Part shown: positions 1 through 7,761 of the stretch, piece by piece
How positions within the stretch are numbered: the first letter of the stretch is position 1
Layout: each line of letters begins with the position of its first letter
From: Acaryochloris marina MBIC11017
GTDB taxonomy: Bacteria > Cyanobacteriota > Cyanobacteriia > Thermosynechococcales > Thermosynechococcaceae
Assembly (NCBI RefSeq): GCF_000018105.1
Contig: NC_009925.1
Coordinates: forward strand, 1,590,001-1,622,000
Direction: 5' to 3'
DNA: 32,000 nucleotides
Notes under the pieces: model-generated
Databases searched by the model: none
What the model saw: the letters and a program-made list of their open reading frames with translations, nothing else
Told to the model about the DNA's origin: nothing
Translations under genes and position numbers: made by a program

Positions 1-730
1 TCAGTGGGGACCACTCAACCCCGCCCGTGGCGACAAAAGCCCAAAGGCGGGTCAGCTTTGGGGCGATCGTACTGGCTCAGGACCGTCCGGATTTCTCGTG
101 GAGTTTGTGGACGGCTTCTCGTCGCCCCCTCATATCCACAATGTCACCTATAAGGGCATGGTCATTCAGGGCCTCCTTCATAATGATGATCCGGATGCGA
201 ATAAAATGTGGTTGCCAGCAGGGTCTTTCTGGACCCAACCCGCCGGAGAAGTCCACGTTACCGCTGCCGACGATAGTAATAACCTGGCGTATATAGAGAT
301 TGAGGAAGGCCCCTATCTGGTCCGCCCACCGGAAGCGGCGTTTGACAATGGTGAACGGCCAGTTAACGTCGACAAATCGAATCTAGTCTGGCTAAACGCA
401 TCGAATATCACCTGGGTCGATCAGCCTGAAATGCTGGCCGGAGCCAAGATGGCCTTTCTCTGGGGTAACCCCCAGGATGGCCAGTTAAACGGCACCTTAA
501 TTAAACTGCCCACTGGATTTACGGGAGAAATACAAAGCCAATCCTCGACCTTCCGTGCAGTTGTGATTCAGGGGCAACCCAGCCTCCATTCGGGTCAGAC
601 CAGCGCCCTAGAGCCAGGCAGCTATTTTGGCTCGCAAGGAGAGACGGTGCATAAAGTCTCCTGCGAAGCCAAAGAGGAGTGCGTTATCTACGTGCGCGCT
701 CAGGGCAAATATAACGTCGTTTCGTCGTAG
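1..730 (+). CDS. Cupin-type DUF4437-like protein, 5' end outside the window
   Basis: The frame of the 98..730 ORF stays open back to nt 2 ([50 protein letters not shown]...). The GTG at 98 is therefore probably internal. The PPHIH..Y.G and [16 protein letters not shown] motifs look like a cupin fold. Confidence 0.7.
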   Translation, partial: QWGPLNPARGDKSPKAGQLWGDRTGSGPSGFLVEFVDGFSSPPHIHNVTYKGMVIQGLLHNDDPDANKMWLPAGSFWTQPAGEVHVTAADDSNNLAYIEIEEGPYLVRPPEAAFDNGERPVNVDKSNLVWLNASNITWVDQPEMLAGAKMAFLWGNPQDGQLNGTLIKLPTGFTGEIQSQSSTFRAVVIQGQPSLHSGQTSALEPGSYFGSQGETVHKVSCEAKEECVIYVRAQGKYNVVSS

Positions 731-935
731 TCCAAGCAGTAATCGTACCAGTTTTACCCAGACAACCATCAGTCATATTCCTATCGATTCACGACAAGCC
801 TGAAGCCGTGGAGCGGTTACCCATGCCTCCACGAAGGTTTTGGGGCCGATGGCCGGAAGGAATCGCAGGTGCGATCGCAAATCTTACACACCCAAACAAA
901 CCATCCCAATTCATCACTCAATAAGGAAATAGCAA

Positions 936-1772
936 ATGAGCTACACCACGTTCAACGTTGAAATCAAAAACGCCATCGCTTGGGTCACCTTCGACTACCC
1001 ACCTGTTAATATTCAGGGCCTGCCAATGCTGGCCGACCTCAATATGCTGGCCCAAAGGCTGGAAACGGATCGCACCATCAAAGTTGTCGTATTTCAATCC
1101 GCCCATCCCGAGATTTTCGTGGCCCATGCCGACACGAATTTCCTCAAAGACATGTCTGCGATCGCAGTCTCTCGCGACGAAGTCAAACTCCTGGATTTGC
1201 AGGTGGTGCTAGAGCGGATTAGCAAGCTGCCCCAGGCCACCATCGCCAAGATCGAAGGCTTTGCCCGCGGCGGTGGTCATGAATTTGCCCTAGCCTGCGA
1301 TATGCGATTTGCCGCCCGAGGGAAAGCCAAATTCATGCAGATGGAAGTTGCCATGGGCATTCTTCCGTGTGGCGGAGGCGCATCGCGGATGGCCCGTCAG
1401 ATCGGGTTAGGGCGAGCTCTGGAAATTATTTTAGGTGCAAAAGACTTTGATGCCGACCAGGCCGAAGCCTATGGCACCATCAACAAAGCCTTCGATCCAG
1501 AAGAGATTGGCCCATTTGTGGAAGCCTTGGCGAACCGGATCGCCCTTTGGCCCGCTGAATCGATCAACGCCTGCAAACAAAGCGTCTACGCCTCCATCGA
1601 CAAACCCATTGATGAAGCCCTGCAGGAAGAAGCCTATTGGCTGTATCAGGCCACGAGCCAGACCCCGGCCTTAAAGCGCTTTACCTGGGCAGATGAGAAC
1701 GGGGCCCAGTTCGATATGAACAACCAACACAATTGGCAAGAAATGGTCATTAGTGTGCAGGAGATCCAATAA
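936..1772 (+). CDS. Enoyl-CoA hydratase/isomerase (crotonase) family protein
   Basis: 278 aa with AAGGA 9 nt upstream of the ATG. Crotonase motifs are present: ARGGGHEFALACDMRFAA and MEVAMGILPCGGGASR. Both catalytic Glu positions appear conserved. The stop overlaps the next ATG (TAATG at 1770-1774). Confidence 0.85.
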   Translation: MSYTTFNVEIKNAIAWVTFDYPPVNIQGLPMLADLNMLAQRLETDRTIKVVVFQSAHPEIFVAHADTNFLKDMSAIAVSRDEVKLLDLQVVLERISKLPQATIAKIEGFARGGGHEFALACDMRFAARGKAKFMQMEVAMGILPCGGGASRMARQIGLGRALEIILGAKDFDADQAEAYGTINKAFDPEEIGPFVEALANRIALWPAESINACKQSVYASIDKPIDEALQEEAYWLYQATSQTPALKRFTWADENGAQFDMNNQHNWQEMVISVQEIQ

Positions 1773-2767
1773 TGAACACAGAATGCAAGACCCTCAAGCC
1801 TGTGGAAGATACCGGGTTTCAACCCATTAATCGGGCCTACAACACCGTATTCCGTCCCAATCGATTAAGCCTCGGCCTCGTGGTGCCGATCGAGACCTAT
1901 GCAAAGGGACCCGTGCCCACCCTGGAACGTCATCTTGAACGGGTTCAGCTAGCCGAAGCCCTCGGGTTTGCAGCGGTGTGGTTACGGGATGTGCCCTTCA
2001 ACGTGCCCTCCTTTGGGGATGCCGGGCAGACCTACGACCCGTTTGTGTATCTAGGGCTATTGGCAGGCCAAACCCAGCGCATCGCCCTCGGGGTGGCCAG
2101 TATCATTCTGCCCTTACGACATCCAGCCCATGTGGCTAAAGCCGCCGCAACTATTGATGTGATGTCAGGAGGACGGCTAATTCTGGGGGTGGCTTCGGGA
2201 GATCGCCCCGAGGAGTATCCAGCCCTCAACCGCTCTTTTAGTGATCGTGGAGCAACGTTTAGAGAGAGCTTTGACTACATCCGGCAGATGGGTCAAGCAT
2301 CTCCCACCTTTGATAATGCGTTTGGTCACTTGACGGGTGGGATGGATATGCTGCCCAAACCCACCTCAGGCAAACTGCCCCTCCTGATTACGGGAGGCAG
2401 TCAGCAAGCCCCCGATTGGATTGCCCAGAACGGGGACGGCTGGATGACCTATCCCCGCGATACGGTGATGCAAGCACGCGTCATTCGCGATTGGCAGGCT
2501 CGGGTGGAGGCGATTGGTGGTGCTAACAAACCGATCATGCAGCCGCTGTATATAGATCTAACCGAAGACCCCGATACCCGGCCCCAACCGATCCATCTGG
2601 GATTCCGGCTAGGCGTAAACCATCTGCGGGCCTATCTCAAATCCCTGGAACAAATCGGCATGAACCATGTGGCGCTGAACTTGCGATTTAACCAAGCAGA
2701 TATCGAGACAACGCTAAAACGTCTAGCCGACGATATCTTGCCAGAATTTACGGTCTGCAGTGATTAA
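1772..2767 (+). CDS. Luciferase-like (LLM class) flavin-dependent oxidoreductase
   Basis: 331 aa with an LLM-like TIM-barrel pattern (LGFAAVWLRDVPF, LILGVASGDRPEEY). It is translationally coupled to the upstream crotonase gene. The subfamily assignment is unverified. Confidence 0.75.
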   Translation: MNTECKTLKPVEDTGFQPINRAYNTVFRPNRLSLGLVVPIETYAKGPVPTLERHLERVQLAEALGFAAVWLRDVPFNVPSFGDAGQTYDPFVYLGLLAGQTQRIALGVASIILPLRHPAHVAKAAATIDVMSGGRLILGVASGDRPEEYPALNRSFSDRGATFRESFDYIRQMGQASPTFDNAFGHLTGGMDMLPKPTSGKLPLLITGGSQQAPDWIAQNGDGWMTYPRDTVMQARVIRDWQARVEAIGGANKPIMQPLYIDLTEDPDTRPQPIHLGFRLGVNHLRAYLKSLEQIGMNHVALNLRFNQADIETTLKRLADDILPEFTVCSD

Positions 2768-2780
2768 GGAAGCCAAAACC

Positions 2781-3599
2781 ATGACAAAAACGATTTTAAT
2801 TACTGGTTCTACTGATGGTATCGGTTTAGAAACAGCCAAACTATTGGTTTCAGAAGGTCACAGAGTGCTGCTGCATGGACGCAATCCCACCAAGCTGGAG
2901 GCAGCCGCAAAATCCCTCTCCGATCTACCGGGTAGTGTTGCCAGCTATGTTGCCGATTTGTCGCGGATGGCTGATGTGGGGTCACTGGCCCAGGCGGTGG
3001 CTAAAAACCACCCTACTTTGGATGTCCTGATTAATAATGCAGGGGTCTTAAAAACACCTAATACAGTTACGCCGGACGGGCTGGATGTCCGCTTTGCGGT
3101 AAATGCGATCGCCCCCTATCTACTCACCCAGCAACTCCGTCCTCTGATGACAGCATCAGGACGGATCATCAATGTATCCTCCGCAGCTCAGTCCCCGGTG
3201 AATCTAGAAGCTTTGGCTGGACGAGTCCAGCTCACCGAAGACTTTACTGCCTATGCCCAAAGTAAACTGGCCCTGACCATGTGGTCTCGCAGTTTGGCCC
3301 TTTCGCCTCTGGGGGATGGCCTCACCATAATCGCGGTTAATCCGGGTTCGATGCTGGGGAGCAAGATGGTAAAAGAGGGCTTTGGAGTAGCTGGGGGTGA
3401 TCTGCGGATTGGCGCGGACATATTAACTCGCGCAGCCCTAACAGATGAATTTGCGGCTGCCTCAGGTCAATATTTTGACAACGATAAAGGTCAGTTTGCG
3501 TCACCTCATCCCGATGCCCTCGATCCACAGAAATGCCAAAAAGTTGTAGAAGCGATTGAGACCTGTTTAGTAGACAGAGGGTCGGACCTCTTTTGGTAA
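2781..3599 (+). CDS. Short-chain dehydrogenase/reductase (SDR)
   Basis: It has the TGSTDGIGLE Rossmann motif, NNAG, and YAQSK (YxxxK). I prefer the ATG at 2781 (MTKTILITG), with AAGGAAG upstream, over the GTG at 2760 in the ORF track. Confidence 0.85.
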   Translation: MTKTILITGSTDGIGLETAKLLVSEGHRVLLHGRNPTKLEAAAKSLSDLPGSVASYVADLSRMADVGSLAQAVAKNHPTLDVLINNAGVLKTPNTVTPDGLDVRFAVNAIAPYLLTQQLRPLMTASGRIINVSSAAQSPVNLEALAGRVQLTEDFTAYAQSKLALTMWSRSLALSPLGDGLTIIAVNPGSMLGSKMVKEGFGVAGGDLRIGADILTRAALTDEFAAASGQYFDNDKGQFASPHPDALDPQKCQKVVEAIETCLVDRGSDLFW

Positions 3600-3643
3600 A
3601 CCATAAATAACTGTAAAAGAATAATTGAAGAAGATTCTAGCTT

Positions 3644-4054
3644 TTATACGACGCGAATAATCCGATAGTAGAGGATATAACCAGAAAATCTGATTTCATC
3701 CTTCTGAAAGGCTCTTTTTATAGCTTGCTCAACTTCTTCAACTGACTTGTAGGGGGTATCTACTTTATTTTGCTCGGCATAATCAAATAGACGCCAAGCA
3801 TCAAATCCATTTGTCTGCCCTGCATCACCAAGATCTAGATCGGCATAGTGTGATCCATCGTCCATAGCCACTCCGTAACCATGCTTAAAGTACTTCACCC
3901 CGTCTTCAGTCTCCCCTCGTTGAGCAATTCCAAGACAAGCCCAATCCCTATTCGAAATTGGTAGCGAGAGTTGAAGATGTGAAGCAACGCGACAAAATAG
4001 GGATTCTGCACATTTTACATAAGAAAGGATTAATTCATCTAGGGCTTTATCCAT
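3644..4054 (-). CDS. Hypothetical small protein, possibly immunity-protein-like
   Basis: The ORF-track start at 4117 is TTG. The first ATG is at 4054 (MDKALDELILSY...). The gene is AT-rich, with hand-counted GC of 28-35% in sample lines. The motifs YFKHGYG, NGFDAWRL and SGYILYY remind me of small DUF-type immunity proteins, but I cannot verify this. Confidence 0.5.
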   Translation of the reverse strand: MDKALDELILSYVKCAESLFCRVASHLQLSLPISNRDWACLGIAQRGETEDGVKYFKHGYGVAMDDGSHYADLDLGDAGQTNGFDAWRLFDYAEQNKVDTPYKSVEEVEQAIKRAFQKDEIRFSGYILYYRIIRVV

Positions 4055-4353
4055 AGAGCCTAACAGCGAAGATAAGCGGCGGCAGATAACATTTGCATCA
4101 CAACCAAAATCTATCAATCGTCTACTTCATTGGTTGTGATTTAAGGAAGTGTGGGTAATGCTGTAACAATAGCTGCAATCCAATTAAATCAAGGTTCCTA
4201 GAAGAATTATAGCTGACGCATAAGCCTAGCTAAATCTAGATTCCACACTTTGATCGCAACCAGCTTAGCAATCAGTTCATGGCCCAAGCTAAACCGGGAT
4301 GAACTATCAGCAGAACAAGTCAAATTTGCGATCGCAAGTCCCTGCCGTCTAAT

Positions 4354-5058
4354 TTAGGAAGGTGGAATGCTGCCATCCTCTTCTTCAACTTCAGACAGCA
4401 CAACCACCTCTGTAGTATCCACTGACTTTGCACCCTTAGCTTTTTTGACCAGTTCAATCACCTTATACAAAGCCTCTTGATCTGGAACTTCACCACTCAG
4501 CAGTACTTTGTCCCCTTTTTGTTGAATATCCAGCGTTGCCACCAAGGGCTTCAGATCTGGATCAGCAACCATCCCTAAAATCACTCGCTTAGCTAGGCCC
4601 TGGTGATCGTATTGACCTTCTGGTCCGCGATGTTCCGGTGCAATATAGGATCGTCGACGGGGAAAGGTTGAGTGATGTAGGTACAGTCTTCGGGAAAAAG
4701 GATAGTAGTAGGGAGAATAGTGCCGAAATCGTCGACGGAAATAAGGGTAGTGGCGAAACCGTCGTCCAAACCGGCGACGATGGTGAAAGGATCGGTGGCG
4801 GAAAGGTCGATGGCGAAGGCGTCCAGGGAAACGTCGAAACTTGCGATGCCGGAAATTCCGCTTGGGAAATCGTCTAAAACGGCGAGGATAAAATCGGCGT
4901 CGGTTTTTAAAACCACCCCGCCGCACACCTTTATGCTTACCTGCCAATAGAACGGTTTCGTTTGTTGGAGATTGCGCCAGATCTTCTGCTTTAACGACTG
5001 CCACATCAACAGTGAAGACAGCTAGCAGGGATACCAATACTAGAGATGGGTACTTCAT
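4354..5058 (-). CDS. Secreted polycationic Arg/Phe/His/Tyr-rich protein with a C-terminal BON-like domain
   Basis: ATG start with GGAGG 7 nt upstream. Sec-type signal peptide MKYPSLVLVSLLAVFTVDVAVVKA. Residues 41-145 form an R-rich repeat-like tract. The C-terminus VILGMVADPDLKPLVATLDIQQKGDKVLLSGEVPDQEALYKVIELVKKAKGAKSVD resembles a BON domain. Confidence 0.7.
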   Translation of the reverse strand: MKYPSLVLVSLLAVFTVDVAVVKAEDLAQSPTNETVLLAGKHKGVRRGGFKNRRRFYPRRFRRFPKRNFRHRKFRRFPGRLRHRPFRHRSFHHRRRFGRRFRHYPYFRRRFRHYSPYYYPFSRRLYLHHSTFPRRRSYIAPEHRGPEGQYDHQGLAKRVILGMVADPDLKPLVATLDIQQKGDKVLLSGEVPDQEALYKVIELVKKAKGAKSVDTTEVVVLSEVEEEDGSIPPS

Positions 5059-5336
5059 ACGGTTACCTCCGTTTGAGTACAGCCGTGGGAGATTGCATCA
5101 TTCATTCCCCCGTACATTACCCCATGACTGATGATTGAACATCATGTTTAGCTAAGTGAGTTAGCCGTTGGTAATGAACTTCACCCAAGCTCAGTAACTA
5201 CAGGGTACCGCAAAAATCTGAGAGTCGTCTGAGCAGACCTGTAACTTGTTATTTTTCGGTGCAGATCGATAACAATTGTGCCTGAAATAAGCGATCTATA
5301 GCTTCGGGTCATAATAATCGCGAAGCATCGATTAGC

Positions 5337-5699
5337 ATGATTGCTATCGAATCGCCTCACTCTCTTGGCATAAGATTGAATACCTATTACTGGACCTAGT
5401 CGATTATTTTATTTTTGATAGAGCTGTATATTTCACTCCATATTGATGACAACTTTATCCGTCCGTATATCGGTGACCTGTTAGTCGTTATTTTGATTTA
5501 GACAATCGTTAGAGCATTTTTCAAGGTTTCAATTTTGACTACCGCTATCGGTGTTTGCATAATTGCACTTGCAATTGAAGTTTTACAGTATTTCAAAATC
5601 ATAGAACTTCTAGGATTAGGATCCTCATCATTGGCGAAAACAGTCATAGGTACCACCTTGAGTTGGGAAGATTTAGTAGCCTATAGGCTGGGTATTTAG
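5337..5699 (+). pseudogene. DUF2809-like small membrane protein gene, inactivated by two in-frame TAG codons
   Basis: A single frame runs from ATG 5337 to TAG 5697-5699. It reads MIAIESPHSLGIRLNTYYWT*SIILFLIELYISLHIDDNFIRPYIGDLLVVILI*TIVRAFFKVSILTTAIGVCIIALAIEVLQYFKIIELLGLGSSSLAKTVIGTTLSWEDLVAYRLGI*. The internal stops are at 5397-5399 and 5499-5501. The pattern FIRPY.GD.LVVIL...FF...A.E.LQYF....LLGL.......GT.F.W.DL.AY..G matches my memory of DUF2809 proteins. Confidence 0.6.
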
Positions 5700-5981
5700 G
5701 TTCTGCACTACCTTGAGAAATCCATAGGGACCCATACAAAAGAGTGGTATTCCGTTAAGTAATTAGCCCCAACCTTTTTTCAGGTAAACAGCATTGTACG
5801 GATAGGTCTATCACGCCTAACCCAGATTTAATTGCTAATGATGCAATGTGTTGTTGTTGCAGCTAAGGCAATCCATAGCAGCGAGGAGGAGATTATCGGT
5901 TTCAATAAGTACTGCATATTTGTTTACTGCAAAAAGACTAATATCTTTTGGTAGGTTAAAGATGCTGTTGCTGCAAATACC

Positions 5982-6548
5982 ATGCATAATCGTCAACAAT
6001 GGATAGTACCCGCTCTGGTCTTATTCATAGGAGGTTGTGCCACAGACGCAAAATTTAACGATGTTTACACTCAAATAACACTCCCACAACTGCAGGCGGG
6101 TCAACCCATTCCTTTGCCAAACAGTGAACCAATCCTTAAAGTCACAGGTCGATTGGGAAACACCAATCAAGACGATCACATCATCATGGATCGGCAAACC
6201 ATCGAATCCCTCGGGTTAGTCGAATATTCTGTTCTAGATTTATTTGAACAGCAAAATCATATATTTCGAGGTGTTTTGATGCGAGACTTGCTCGATCTCT
6301 GGCAGGTCGACTCCCAAGCAACAACGTTGAACCTCAAAGCACTGAACGATTACAACATTCAGGTCCCCATCATTTGGCTCAAGCAATATCCTGTTCTTTT
6401 TGCCCTACAGCAAGATGGTGAAAATATGCAGTCTGATTACAGGGGACCCGCGATGCTGGTATTTCCATATCAACACTTCCCATCCGTATCGGAATTTGCA
6501 GAAGAATCCTACTGGATCTGGCAAATCGCAGAAATTAATGTTCAGTAA
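5982..6548 (+). CDS. Lipoprotein with a molybdopterin-oxidoreductase-like (YedY/sulfite-oxidase fold) domain, Cys-less
   Basis: Lipobox LFIGGC. The motifs FRGVLMRDLL, LKALNDYNIQVP, YPVLFALQQDG and RGPAMLVFPY resemble small 'molybdopterin-dependent oxidoreductase' periplasmic proteins. The only Cys is the lipobox Cys. The stop lies 5 nt before the next ATG. Confidence 0.7.
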   Translation: MHNRQQWIVPALVLFIGGCATDAKFNDVYTQITLPQLQAGQPIPLPNSEPILKVTGRLGNTNQDDHIIMDRQTIESLGLVEYSVLDLFEQQNHIFRGVLMRDLLDLWQVDSQATTLNLKALNDYNIQVPIIWLKQYPVLFALQQDGENMQSDYRGPAMLVFPYQHFPSVSEFAEESYWIWQIAEINVQ

Positions 6549-6553
6549 TAGCA

Positions 6554-7735
6554 ATGCATTATCATTCTGGCATTCGACCAGCGGCCCGACAGTCCTGGAT
6601 AAAGCAGTGGCAACTCGTTTTATTCCCCGGAATTATGCTGATCCTACTGATCGGAATTGTTGCTGGTGGACAATCATTACGGCAACAAATTGAAACGCAA
6701 GACAAGTCCCTAGAACTTAACTTAGTCAGAGGCGTTCATGATTTTAATCAACTCCAGAGGGAAGTGAATCGTCTACGACTTCAGCTGACCCGTAACCCTA
6801 CTACCAGTACCAAGAACTTAAATCTACAGCTGAAGATTACGCAAAGCCGATTCACGATTATTCAACGGCACTCTCTAGCTCGCAACTTAAATACTCAAGT
6901 TGCCACCATTAAAGATCATTTAATTCAATCTTGGTTGTCGTTAAAACCTGAGATCCAACGCTGGCAGCTAGACCCCAGCAATACTAAGCTCAAAACTCAA
7001 ATTATTGACCAGCTTGACAACCTAGAACTCGATATCAATCAAGTTTCTCTTCTCCACCAACGCCAACAGTGGAAGCAATATCAAAGTCGAATCCGACGTC
7101 ATTCCCATTCGCTACAGCTATTGAGCATCATCACCATTTTGTTTTGTGGTTTTACCTTGCTGGTTGGTTACCTACTGATGCAATTTGTGCGTGCTCGTCA
7201 GCGCTTATTAGAAAAAGTAGAACAGTTGGCCACCATTGATGATGTTACGCAAATTGCCAATCGACGCCATTTTAATGCCGTTTTTGCCCAAGAGTGGCAA
7301 AGAATGCTCCGGGAACAATCTTGCTTATCTCTACTCCTGTGTGACGTTGATTGCTTTAAGGCCTACAACGATCATTATGGTCATCAAGCAGGGGATAGTT
7401 GCTTGTTTCAAATTGCCCAAACCATTCATAACTGTATGCGCAGACCCAGTGATTTTGCAGCTCGATATGGTGGCGAAGAATTTGTGATTATCCTGCCTCA
7501 TACCCAGCTGTCTGGGGCTCAAGCTCAAGCTCAGGTTATCCAAGAGAACCTACAAAAGCTAGCCTTGGCCCATGCTGAATCCAGCATCAGTGACTATGTC
7601 ACTATCAGTATTGGCATTGCCAGTGGGATTCCACAACTAGAGCTGAATGCCCATCAGATCATCGAACAGGCAGATAAAGCACTGTACCAAGCCAAAGCTC
7701 AGGGCCGTAACCGTTCCTGCTTCAGTGAGTTCTAA
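6554..7735 (+). CDS. Membrane-anchored diguanylate cyclase (two TM segments flanking a helical periplasmic region, then GGDEF)
   Basis: Intact GGEEF at 7469-7483 and an RPSD (RxxD) I-site 5 residues upstream. DVDCFKAYNDHYGHQAGD is present. The TM segments are LVLFPGIMLILLIGIVAGG and LLSIITILFCGFTLLVGYLLM. Confidence 0.9.
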   Translation: MHYHSGIRPAARQSWIKQWQLVLFPGIMLILLIGIVAGGQSLRQQIETQDKSLELNLVRGVHDFNQLQREVNRLRLQLTRNPTTSTKNLNLQLKITQSRFTIIQRHSLARNLNTQVATIKDHLIQSWLSLKPEIQRWQLDPSNTKLKTQIIDQLDNLELDINQVSLLHQRQQWKQYQSRIRRHSHSLQLLSIITILFCGFTLLVGYLLMQFVRARQRLLEKVEQLATIDDVTQIANRRHFNAVFAQEWQRMLREQSCLSLLLCDVDCFKAYNDHYGHQAGDSCLFQIAQTIHNCMRRPSDFAARYGGEEFVIILPHTQLSGAQAQAQVIQENLQKLALAHAESSISDYVTISIGIASGIPQLELNAHQIIEQADKALYQAKAQGRNRSCFSEF

Positions 7736-7761
7736 AGAATCTGTGCCTTATCTGTTATTCT

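Noticed and set aside
27-296. An 89-aa ORF lies in an alternative frame at the window start.
   Set aside because: It overlaps the cupin gene, whose frame continues open to the window edge and carries the family motifs.
807-833. A hairpin, CGTGGAG-N13-CTCCACG followed by AAGGTTTT, lies downstream of the cupin gene and could be an intrinsic terminator.
   Set aside because: The loop is long at 13 nt, the stem is only 7 bp, and the T-tract is only 4 nt and not adjacent to the stem. This is too weak to call.
4593-5009. Three further long ORFs overlap the polycationic gene (4593-5009 minus, 4638-4877 plus, 4720-4950 plus).
   Set aside because: They are open only because the CGN/TTY-rich repeat lacks stop codons in other frames. 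Only the 4354-5058 frame has an SD, a signal peptide and a recognisable C-terminal domain.
7736-7761. The inverted repeat AAGAAT-N16-ATTCTT in the 26-nt gap between the convergent DGC and acnB genes could be a bidirectional terminator.
   Set aside because: The stem is 6 bp and all A/T apart from one G, and the loop is 16 nt. Predicted stability is too low to support a call.
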